64,000 nucleotides of DNA. Source: Piromyces finnis finn. Taxonomy: Eukaryota > Fungi > Neocallimastigomycota. The stretch covers positions 372,001 through 436,000 of the forward strand of contig MCFH01000047.1 of the NCBI GenBank assembly GCA_002104945.1, given 5' to 3'. This document shows, piece by piece, positions 1 to 11,979 of this stretch. Each line of letters opens with the position of its first letter. Positions within the stretch are counted from its first letter, which is position 1. Below the pieces are notes generated by a model that worked only from the letters and a program-made list of their open reading frames with translations, had not been told where the DNA came from and ran no database searches. Made by a program: the position numbers and the translations under genes.

Positions 1-421
1 TAAATAAACCATTGAAATAAAAAAGAGAATTTTTTTATTAATTCAAAAATTCAAATAATATTAATAAATCTAATTTACATGTTTTTTTTCTTTAGGGAAA
101 AAAAAAAATAAAAAAGATTGTATATAAATAGAGTTTATATACTTAATGTTTAAACAAGTTCACATAATTAAATTATCATAGTATATTTAATTATGATAAC
201 ATAATTATTTAAAAGAATTTTATTTTAATTAAAATAATGTATAATCATACAATAATAATTTTAAAAATTAAAATTTACAAATATATATACATATCTCTTT
301 AAAAATTTAATTTTAAAAAAGGAAAAAAGGTAATAATATTTTATCGCATAATATAGTATTCATTCAATCGTTTAATAAGAAAAATTACAATAAATTTGTT
401 AAAAGATTTTCAATTATTAAA

Positions 422-3400
422 ATGGATAAAGAAGAATTAAGAGTATATCGTCGTCATACAAACTCAGAAACTTCAGAGTCACTTAAGAAAAATCTATCCA
501 ATGACTTATTATACAGAGAATGTTTAGAATTATCAAATATCATCTCTAGAGAAATTAAAGATATCATATATCAAGTTAGAAATCCAAAAAAATATCAAGT
601 TGATATCACTAAACCCGTTAGTAATATTTCAATTAAAGAAGAAAATACTAGTGATAAAGCAACTGACTCAATAAATTCATTAGGCACTACCCAATATAAA
701 TTTTATAAAAAAGAGCAAAATATTTCGTCTTTTGATATTAATGATGCAATCAAAAAGTTTAATAATGATTCTAAACAAAATATTACAAATTATGATACAA
801 AACTTTCAACCAAGAAAAATGGAGTATATAATTCGTATGCCTCAAGCCCATCCTTATTATCAATACTACCACATTCTTCTTCTTCAGAAAGTAAAATCAA
901 TAGTAATAGCATAAAGAATGTACCAACATTAATAGACGAAATAGAAGCTATCAATGAAAGTAATACAGAATATCATTACATAGATGATACTGAAAGAGAC
1001 AATAAAAATGACGAGGAAAAGGAAAATACTGATAGTGATAGTGGTTTACCACCTAAACTTCCAGATGATTACACCTCTTCCCTATCTTCTGCTTCCATTA
1101 CGTCATTAACATTATCACTTTCTACGGGTTCTTCTTTCAGTTCCAAATATAATAATCATAGAAAGAGAAGAAGTAAGTACTCCTCTGGAAGGTCCTCATT
1201 GTCACCATCTTCTTCTCCAGATGCCTCTTTTATAATTAAAAACGGTTATGACCTGTCAAAAGAATCATCTGAAAATAATTCAAACTCAATTTTAAGTATT
1301 ATTGATGAAGATGAAAGTAATATTGAAAATAATAAAAAAGATAAAGATGAATTTAGTAGTATTAGTCCAATTGAGAATGAAAATAATAGTGAAAGTAATG
1401 AAATAATAATTAATAATGTTATTAAAAAACTTGAAAACTCTCTCTATAATAAAGATGACGATCATCAAGACATCAATGAAAAAAATGACAATAATGATGT
1501 TACTACAAACACTGAAATTGAAATTGACAATACGAAAGAAATTGCAAATGATCTTGAAAATGACAATAATATCATTAATGAAAAGGATACCAATGAAATT
1601 GAAATTGATAATCATAATATAGTTGAAGAAAATGACAATGAAATTAAACCTAACAACCATATGATTGAAAACAACGATAACATTAATGAAATTGAAGCTG
1701 ACAACCATATGATTGAAAACAACGATAACATTAATGAAATTGAAATTGACAACCATAATATAGCTGAAAATGACAATGACATTAATGAAATTGAAATTGA
1801 CAACCATAATATAGTTGAAAATGACAATGATATTAATGAAATTGAAATGGATAATAACAAGGTTAAAAATGGCATTGAAAATAACAATGATATTGATGAA
1901 ATTGAAATAGATGATAATAATAATAATAATGTTAATGATAGAAATAGTACTAATAGCAATAATAAACTTGAGAATAAAAAAATCGAAAATGACTCTGAAA
2001 ATAAAAATGACATAAATATTACTGAAAATAATACAGACGACACTATTGGCAATTCCGTAACTGAAATTGAGCAAAAATTGAGTGAAATTTCATTAAAAAA
2101 TGATTCTAATAATGATGAAAATGATGAAAATACTCTACCCGAAAAATATTTAATCAATAAAGTTAGTGATATTGTTGAAAATAACGACAATAATAATGAA
2201 AAAAATATTATCATTGAAAATGAAGAAAGTCAAATGGAATCTAATGATACCATGATCAATGTGATACTAAATACCAATGAAAGCATACCCAAAGTATCAA
2301 TTGAAATAACAAAAGATATTGATAATAATGATGATGATGATGATGATGAGGTTGAGGTTGATATTGATAACACCAGCATTCATTCAAATTCAAATAGTAC
2401 TAATAGTTCAATGAATACCATGTTTAATCTTGATACCGAAGAAACATCCAGTATAAATACAGAATATCCAATTTATCATAAATCAGCAAGTAATACACCA
2501 ATGACACCAACCATAAAAGCCATTGCTTCACCAACACTTATACCAAAATATACACCAGGAATTTCAAATAGAAATTCGAATCCAAACTTTTCCTTACATA
2601 GTAGAAGACCATCATCTTCACTTTCAATGGAATCAAATTCACCCTCCTTCTTACCTGTCTATGTTGCAACTTCAAAGCTTCATCATAAGACGACTACTTC
2701 TTCTGATAAAACATTTAATAAACATCAAATATCATCCACAGCATCAAATAATTCAAAAAAATTAAATCGTTTATCCCTTGATTCTATTCCTGCTTCACCA
2801 AGACTTTCAAAATACAATTCAATGCCATCATCTCCAAGAACAAATCCGGCGAATAAGGTTGTAAAGCATCCACCTCCTGCACCTTCTAGCTATATGTCTT
2901 GTCGTCATACAAGATATTCCTCATTAAACGACAACGATTTAAAACTATTTAAACATAAATCCTCTTTCGAAAAGAATGAAATGGGTAGTGGTAATGCCTC
3001 TCCACGAATTCCAAGGTATCATTCCTTTAATAATAATCATTCAAAAATTCCTTTATCTCCTCAATTCTTAAGTAAGAGTCATTCAAGAACATTTTCAAAT
3101 TCTTCAAGCTCTTCTATGAGTTCATTACCACTTCCTCCTTCTTCTCTTCCATTTGAATCCTCTAATCCCACCAAAAATAGTATAATTCATAATAAAAGAA
3201 ATTCAACCTCTTCCATACCAATTCCTTCACCAAAATTAAGTTATACATCATCTAACGCGTCCACACCTGTATTTAGTAGTTATATTCCATCACCAAAATT
3301 AGTTAGCACGTTACCAAAAACAAAGTAAGTTTTTTTTTTTTTTTTTTTATTTATCACTTTTATACAAATAAAAAATAAATGATTTTAAAGAAAATGATGA

Positions 3401-3425
3401 TAATAAGACTAACGAACATGGTATT

Positions 3426-3456
<31 letters not shown>

Positions 3457-4622
3457 ATAAATAAATAAATAGTCATAGATTATATTCTAATATGAATTAC
3501 TCAACATCTGATATCTCAAAAAAGCCTGAATCCCACAGAAGAATTAAATCATATTCATTTACTAATCATACTAACAATTATAAAAATAACAATAACATAT
3601 CTTATGAGGATCAATTTAATACTAATTCTTTAATGCATTATAAAGATAATTATTCCAAAAAGGTATTATATATGAATGACCGAACCTAATTTTTTTATTA
3701 TTATTATTATTATTATAATAATTAATAATAACTGACCGATAGTATGGATTAATATTAAATTTTTAATAAAAATAATTTTTGATTCTACTCTCTTAGAATT
3801 ATCATGCCGCTCCTTCAGTCTCTAGTTTTAGTTCCTTTAGCTCCCAAAAAAGTACCGACATTAACGAAATGGTAAAAATACCATCACCCAATTTATATGA
3901 ATAATAATAATAAACTATTAAATATTTTTTTTATATAAATAAAAAACGATGCTTTACTAACTTTATTTAAAAAAAAAATAATAATAATTACTATAAATAG
4001 TTTAAGAAATATGAAAGAAGAAAAATTCGTGAAAAAGAAAAACAATACTTACAATGGATTAAAGAATGTCTTGAAGATTTTGGTGAAGATGATATTTATA
4101 TTGATGTTGAAAACGATCGTTTAAGTAATATTTTATCAGATGGTATTATTTTAGCCTATTTAATAGAGGTAACTCTTCTTTAAAAAAAATATATATATAT
4201 TTAAAATATATAGATAGATAGATTAATTTATATCTTTTCCTATTATTATAGTATTTATCAAACAGAAAAGTTGGCGACATCTATTATCACCCAAAAATTC
4301 GTCAAGACAAATATTATAATTTAAAGAAAGTATTTTATTTAATTAAAGATGAACTTTTTGTTCCTGCTAAAGCTACTGAATATGGTAAGTTTTAAATTTT
4401 AAATAAAAATTTATATATTTTTTTGATCGTACATCTTTTTTTTAAAAAAAAAAAAAATAATATAATTAATTTTTTCTTCTTTTTTTTTTTTTATTATTAT
4501 TATATAATTATTATTATTATTTTAAAATAGATGTTGAATGTGGTGATTTATCAGCTATTTTGTCATTATTAGGACAATTGAAAGATCATTACCATCGTAT
4601 GGACATGAAAGAACCAGTTTAA
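422..4622 (+). CDS. Large low-complexity (Asn/Ser/Glu-rich) protein with C-terminal calponin-homology (CH) domain; 6 exons (about 422-3324, 3479-3662, 3797-3871, 4001-4168, 4252-4384, 4531-4622)
   Basis: The 968-aa ORF ends at a GTAAGT donor (3325). GT-AG splicing keeps the frame and gives YLQWIKECLE...LSNILSDGIILAYLIE/YLSNRKVG...NLKKVFYLIKDE...DVECGDLSAILSLLGQLKDHY, the CH-domain pattern (WI...L.DG..L..L.E ... DI..G....IL.LL..L..HY). Confidence 0.75.
1580..1920 (+). repeat. Coding minisatellite, about 7 copies of a 48-nt/16-aa unit (NEIEIDNHNIVENDND-like)
   Basis: Repeated aatgaaattgaaattga(c/t)aa(c/t)cataatata units. The segment aaccatatgattgaaaacaacgataacattaatgaaattgaa occurs twice, 48 nt apart. 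Confidence 0.85.
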
Positions 4623-5414
4623 ATTAAATTAATTGTTCCGTATTTTTTAAAAATTTTTTTTTTTTTTTTTTTTTTTTAATTTTATCCTTTTATAATTTTT
4701 ATTTATATAACTTAACCAATTCATATTTAAAAAAAAAAAAAAAAAAATCATCCTTTTATTTATTTTATTCATTAATATTGCTCATGACCATTAAAAAAAA
4801 AAAGTAAAAATAGTTTTATATATTCTTAATGAACCTATTTATAAAAATATATATATATAATATTTTTATTTCATTCATTTTTAAATATCATCCCAAATTT
4901 TCCAAAAAAAAAAAAATCTATTATATTTTTACAAAAAAAAAAAAAAAATAACAATTATAATAACTTCTTTTTTATTTATAATGATTATAAATACAATCAT
5001 TCTTACAAAAAAAAAAAAAAAAAAAATTGTAAATACTTTTTCATGCATGTTTTTAATAGTAATTTCATTCATTATATGATAATAATTAATAATAATAATA
5101 AAATATCCCTTATTATTATTATTAAAATAAAAAAAAAAAAAAAAAAAAAAAAAAATACTAAATAAAAAAGAACCCCCTTATTATTAAAACATTAATACTT
5201 TTTTCAATTACAATTACTTTTTCTATTCCACTACAATTTCTATCAATACCATGAACATCATGAATATAAAAATGATATATGATGTGTTATTTTAAAATAC
5301 TTTTTTTTTTTTTTTTATTTTTATTGTTTAATTTTTATTCATTATAATTTTATATATATAGAATTATAACAGCAAATTCTTAATGATAATTGTATTCGTT
5401 GCTGTTTCCTTTTT

Positions 5415-5450
<36 letters not shown>

Positions 5451-5762
5451 CTTAAAAAATAATTAAAAAAAAAAAATAAGTAAATCAAATGAAGAAAAAA
5501 AAAAAAAAAAAAAAAAAAAAAGAATATAAATGAAGTAAATACATAGATGATAATAATAATGATATATAAGGATATTTATTTTTTCTTTGTTATATATAAA
5601 TAATTATTATCATCAAAAATAGGTTATTATTGTGTGTTTAATTTGTTTGATTATTTATATATTACTTTTAATACACCTTATGTTATATAAGGTGATATTA
5701 AACAATGGTAAGAAAATAATACTTAATTATATATATTTAAAAAAAAAAAAAAGAATTAAAAT

Positions 5763-6539
5763 TTAAATCTTGGCAAATTCAACCTTCATAGCATTAGTTG
5801 GAGTTATATTGAATCCGTCTAAAACCTTTAATGCTGTTTGAGCTTGTAATTCATTTTCATATTCAGCAAAAGCAATATCTGGTTTTCCAGGTACAAGTCT
5901 AATTTCCTTAAATCCTGGATATTGAACAAAAAGATAAGATAACATTTTTTCGGTAATATCCATTGGTAAATTTTGTAAAAATAAAATACGGTTTGGAATA
6001 ACATTTTCTTCTTCTTCTTTTTCACTACTTTCATTGTCATTATCTGAATTTTTGTTTTAGTGTATTATTATGGTTATATATATATATATATATATTATTT
6101 TTTTAATTATTATTATTATTATAATATAAATATTATAGATATAAATTTTATAGTATATGATTTTTAATATAGATTTCTTTAACTATAAATAGGAATATTT
6201 AATAATTATAAAATTAAAAAAAAATATATTACCATCTGTTTTATCAAGAGCCATTTTTTTATTGCTTTGATCATCTTCTTCATGTTCTCTTTTCTTTGAA
6301 ATAGTAGTAACACCTTGTGAGAATTTTGATTCTGAAAACATTTGTGAATATATTGATTGTGTGTTAGATTCATCTAACTTGTATTCTCCATCTAATACAT
6401 TTAATTTATTTGATCTTGTCTTGGCATAATCTATTTTCTTTTTTTTTTATATAAATAAATATTTGTTAAAAAAAAAAAGTTCACATTACATTGAGTTTAA
6501 ATGATATAAAATAAAATAGTTTCTATTGAGATATTTTAA

Positions 6540-6575
<36 letters not shown>

Positions 6576-7391
6576 TTTTCATTATCATTGTTATTATTAT
6601 CATTATCAATTATCATTTCTTTTTTAATTTTCATTATTGTCAATCATTAAATTCCTTCTTTATTAATATGGAATTTAATTTAAAATCTTGTACAATGAAA
6701 CACATAACTAACTCAATTGATAGATAGATATATAATTGTTTTTCCATTGTTTAAAATATATATTAAAAAATATTAAAAAAAATAAATAAATAAATAAATA
6801 TATACTATTGGTTTATCAAATAATGGGAATCCTTGTAAAGATCTCATTGCTTTTGTAGCTTCTGTAATTTCTCTATATACAATAAATGCTTGTCCACGCA
6901 TTTTTATAGTTTTTAATGCAACAACATCAACTACTCTTCCATATTGTGAAAATAAATAATATAATGCTTTCCGTAGTTCTATATTGATGAGTATATATAT
7001 ATTAAATGTAATAATAAATACAATAAGAATGAATAGGGTGAGAAAGTTAAAATATATTGGTATAAATTTCTTTATAATTATTAAGAATTTATAATATTAA
7101 TAAAAATCCCCAATTTGAATTTCAAATTCAAAATTTCATAACTTTATAATTTACAAATTAAATACATTTAAAGATTCGCCAAAAAAAAATAAAGGGAAAA
7201 ATTCTGAATATCATATTACAATATTGATAGAATAGGAATGAACCATTTCTACATAATATCATTGATGTTTCTTATTTTATATTCTTTACAATAAAATTAT
7301 ATTTTTATATTTTATTATATTAACCTTCTTTCTGTATTTTTTCATTTAAATTATTAACGTATAAAGTTTTATTTGGTGGAATGGATGACAT
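5763..7391 (-). CDS. SNRPB2: Spliceosomal snRNP protein of the U1A/U2B''/SNF family (two RRMs), U2B''/SNF-like; 4 exons (7391-7325, 6978-~6807, 6437-6233, ~6044-5763)
   Basis: Spliced translation [57 protein letters not shown]...[18 protein letters not shown]...[11 protein letters not shown]...[25 protein letters not shown]...MKVEFAK. The loop VALKTxKMRGQAF resembles U2B''/SNF rather than U1A (VSRSLKMRGQAF). Confidence 0.9.
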
Positions 7392-8481
7392 GATTATCAA
7401 TTTATTTTATAATAATAATAAATCGTGTATAACTAAACACACTTTTTTTTTTATCAACTATTTAATTAATTAAATTTTTTGGTTATTAAAAAATTTACAA
7501 AAATTTTATATATTTATAAAATGATTGGTTTGTATTACTGTATGTATTATAATATTATATACATTTACATTAAAAAAGATTTTCAGGAAATCTAAATATT
7601 TTTTTTTTATTGTTAAGCAATAGACGCGATAGACTTCAACCAAGGACATTGACAATTTAACCTTTTAAAAAATATTGAATTATATTCTTTTTTACCATAA
7701 TAAAATAAGCTTTTATTCCAATTGTGTTTATTTTATTTAAAAATCTATTATTGCTGAAAATAAATAAATCCTTAATAACTCTTTAATAGTTTATTTTTTG
7801 TATATTAAATATACATTCGTTTTTCTTTTTTTTTTTTTTTTTATTAAAAATAATTCTAATTTTTTAATACTCTTCCTTTTATAGCATACTAAACTAATAT
7901 ATTTACATATTTACACCAAAATAATTAATTATTTTTTGAAATAGACTAGTTCCAGTCATACAATTCATTGGGATAATATTTAATATTCAATTTTAATAAA
8001 GATATTCAATAATTTTTTTATTCATCAATATATATAAAAATGAAAACTAAGGAAAGAATATTTTAAAATTAAAATAATTTAGTTTATTAAAAGTAAGGTT
8101 TTTAATATACTTTCTTTTGTTAAAATATAAATTAAAATATTGTGATTTTACAAAGATTTCAGTTATATTCTCATTTTGTTTAATTTTTTATCTTTTAAAT
8201 AGCAACCGCCCTTAAAAAAATAAAATAAATTTTTTTTTTTCATTCCAACAATGAAATAAATTTTACAACAATTATTAAAGATAATCAAAAATATAATTAG
8301 AAATTAATTTGAATTAAAAATGAGAATACTCCATTCAAATGAATCTCGAATCTCTTTTTTCTTAAAGAATGAGAATAAAAGAAGGATTACACTATTTTAT
8401 TAGTATATAGGTTTCTAATTCATTATTAGAATAAAAGTTTATTAATTATTTATTCTAATATATTCATATATTTTACTCTTT

Positions 8482-8509
8482 TTATCTATTTATTTATTTA
8501 TTTATCTAT

Positions 8510-8540
<31 letters not shown>

Positions 8541-8585
8541 TCTATTTATTTATCTATTTATTTATTTACTTATCTATTTATCTAT

Positions 8586-8620
<35 letters not shown>

Positions 8621-8637
8621 TCTATTTATTTATCTAT

Positions 8638-8680
<43 letters not shown>

Positions 8681-8741
8681 TCTATTTATTTATCTATTTA
8701 TTTATTTATTTATCTATTTATTTATTTATTTATTTATCTAT

Positions 8742-8780
<39 letters not shown>

Positions 8781-8837
8781 TCTATTTATCTATTTATTTA
8801 TTTATTTATTTATTTATTTATCTATTTATTTATCTAT

Positions 8838-8884
<47 letters not shown>

Positions 8885-8949
8885 TCTATTTATTTATTTA
8901 TCTATTTATTTATCTATTTATTTATTTATTTATTTATTTATTTATCTAT

Positions 8950-8980
<31 letters not shown>

Positions 8981-9002
8981 TTATTTATTTATCTATTTAT
9001 TT

Positions 9003-9062
<60 letters not shown>

Positions 9063-9090
9063 TTATTTATTTATCTATTTATTTATCTAT

Positions 9091-9160
<70 letters not shown>

Positions 9161-9197
9161 TCTATTTATTTATCTATTTATTTATTTATTTATCTAT

Positions 9198-9268
<71 letters not shown>

Positions 9269-9273
9269 TCTAT

Positions 9274-9316
<43 letters not shown>

Positions 9317-9321
9317 TCTAT

Positions 9322-9356
<35 letters not shown>

Positions 9357-9405
9357 TCTATTTATTTATCTATTTATTTATTTATTTATTTATTTATTTA
9401 TCTAT

Positions 9406-9440
<35 letters not shown>

Positions 9441-9477
9441 TCTATTTATTTATTTATTTATTTATCTATTTATCTAT

Positions 9478-9508
<31 letters not shown>

Positions 9509-9533
9509 TCTATTTATTTATTTATTTATCTAT

Positions 9534-9572
<39 letters not shown>

Positions 9573-9682
9573 TCTATTTATTTATCTATTTATTTATTTA
9601 TTTATTTATCTATTTATCTATTTATTTATTTATTTATTTATTTATTTATTTGTTTGTTTGTTTGTTTGTTTGTTTGTTTATT
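8482..9682. repeat. About 1.2-kb tetranucleotide microsatellite (TATT)n with interspersed TATC units and a terminal (TTTG)n block
   Basis: Directly visible in the sequence; the unit switches to TTTG at about 9650. Confidence 0.98.
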
Positions 9683-11979
9683 AAATATATAATTATTATT
9701 TATTATTGTGGTAGGTAGAGTGACATTTTTTTATTTATTAGGTCATAGAGGTCATAGATTAAAAATAAATAAATATTAATATATATTATATTGAAAGAGT
9801 CACTTGTAATATAAATTTTTATTTTTCATTTAAATATATTAATTGGAGTATATTGTTACTATATATAATATATATATTATTTTATTATTGAATGGAATAC
9901 TATTTTTTTTGTCAATTAAAATTTTTAAAAAAAATTGAGATAATTCTATTTCATTATATTGTAATAAATGGGAAAACATATTTAGAATTAATAAATATAT
10001 GGCTGAATGAAATTCAATATATTAATTTATAACTTTAATAAATATAATTTTCTCTTATGAAATCTATAAATATTTAAAGAAACGATGAAAAATAATATAT
10101 GATATAATATATGATACGATATAAAAAAATTAATGATACCATATAATAATTATTATATTGAATTGAATTTAACCAATAAATAAAAAAAAGTTTAAAATTT
10201 CTTTTTTATTTATTATTATATAATTTATATAATATATATAAATATATATAAAATATATAATATAATATTAATAACTATTAATATTTATTAATAAACATTA
10301 AATAAGAAGAACAGTTCTTATCCTATGCTATGTCATACTATGGAACTTTTATAAATATAAAAACTCTATATTAAAAAAAAAAGTCAAATAGGTAGTGGTG
10401 TTAAGACGCTTATTTTTTTTTTATTAATTATACACCCAATACTTTAATAGTTCTAAAAAAAAATAAAGATTTTTATTATTAATAAAAGAATAATTTGTTA
10501 AGGATTAGGTAGATTTTCATCTAGATGATTAAATATAGATTATTAGAGCGATTTTTTAGTCTGTCTTTTTTAATAATTTTAATTTATAAGATTTTTTATT
10601 TTTGATGTTATTAATTATTGATAATTAAAGATTATAATTATATCTTATTATAACCTATTAAAAAAAAAATACAAAAATTACATAATATATATCTATTATG
10701 GTTAACAAAAAAAAATTTTTTTTTTTCTCTTTTTATTAATTTTTTAAAAAATAAAAAAAAAAAAAAGTTAACCTATTTAAAATATAAAAGTCATCAAAAT
10801 CATAATTTAAAAAAAAACATAAATTTTAACGAAATTAAAAGATTTAAAATACCCACCCTACTATTTTTTTTATAAATAATAAATATTTAAACTTTAAAAA
10901 AAGAAATAATATTAAGAAATAATATTAAATAATAATTGAAATAAAAACAACAAAATAACATACCTTTATCATAGTATAAAATCAAAAATACAATTCATCT
11001 TTTCATATATTTTTCTTAAAAAAATATATCATCTTAAATCAACAACATTGTTATTTTATTTATTTATTTCATCATAGTTTAAAAATTTTCTAATTTCACA
11101 TAAATATATATTAAAAATAATCACATAATTTATTTATAAAAAGTAAAAATAGCTATTCATAAATAAAACGTATGTTCTAAAATATTAATTTTGTATATAT
11201 AAGAATTTATTTAGTTTTGTTATTTAAAAGAAAAAAAAAAGTAAAAAAAAAATAATCAAAAGTTATAGTTTATTAAAGATATATTTATAAAAGAAATTCA
11301 TTTATAAAATATTCAATATTCTTTTTTTTTTTTTTTTTTATAAATGAAAAGTAGTAAATATATATCAGAAAATAATAATTTAATGTAATCCAAATTATTC
11401 TATGAATTTTAATATAAAAAAATTTAAATAGTCGCAATTATTTAATATAAAAAAAAAGTTAAATTAGTTAATATAAAAAAGCTATTTTTTATTATTTTCA
11501 AAATATCGAGTTTTAAAAGCATATTTAAAAATATTTGATTAAAGTAGGATTTAAAATACGATTTAAAACAGAAAATATTGAAAATTAATAAGAGAAAAAA
11601 CTAATATAATAATTTTAAAGTATTTTTTTTTCATATTTTATTTTTTAAAAAAAAAAGAATAATAATACTTCACAAGGTAAACTAATATATAAAGATATTT
11701 CTGTAAAAATATATATATATTAAATATTCCTTATCCTATTTTTTATAATATATAAACTGAACCACAAAATGCAATAATAAAATATGCTTAAATAATTATT
11801 TATCAAATAATAATACTTTAGTTTATTAATAAAATAAAAGTAAAATAATGAAAATAAGTCTAATCTAATAATACTAATCAAAACAAGTAAATTTTTTCGT
11901 ATTTCAGAACTTTATTAAAAGCAAATTTTTTTCGCGTTATTATTTTTTTATATTTTTTTTTTTTTTGAAAATAAATAAT

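Noticed and set aside
732-2765. Antisense and alternate-frame ORFs (e.g. 1292-2074, 1612-2214; similarly 12348-13406, 20234-20839, 51135-53577)
   Set aside because: Shadow ORFs of real genes caused by low-complexity or biased codon usage; hydrophobic I/L/F-rich translations with no independent signals.
5000-5762. Search for a U1A-type PIE autoregulatory element (AUUGCAC) in the 3' flank of the snRNP gene
   Set aside because: No GTGCAAT seen on the + strand in this interval, consistent with a U2B''/SNF-type gene.
7624-7629. ACGCGA (MCB-like) about 235 bp upstream of the U2B''/SNF gene
   Set aside because: A single hexamer; snRNP genes are not typical G1/S targets; cannot be supported without conservation data.
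8482-9682. Long repeat considered as a CRISPR array or telomere
   Set aside because: A pure tetranucleotide repeat with no spacers, in eukaryotic context, internal and not G-rich.
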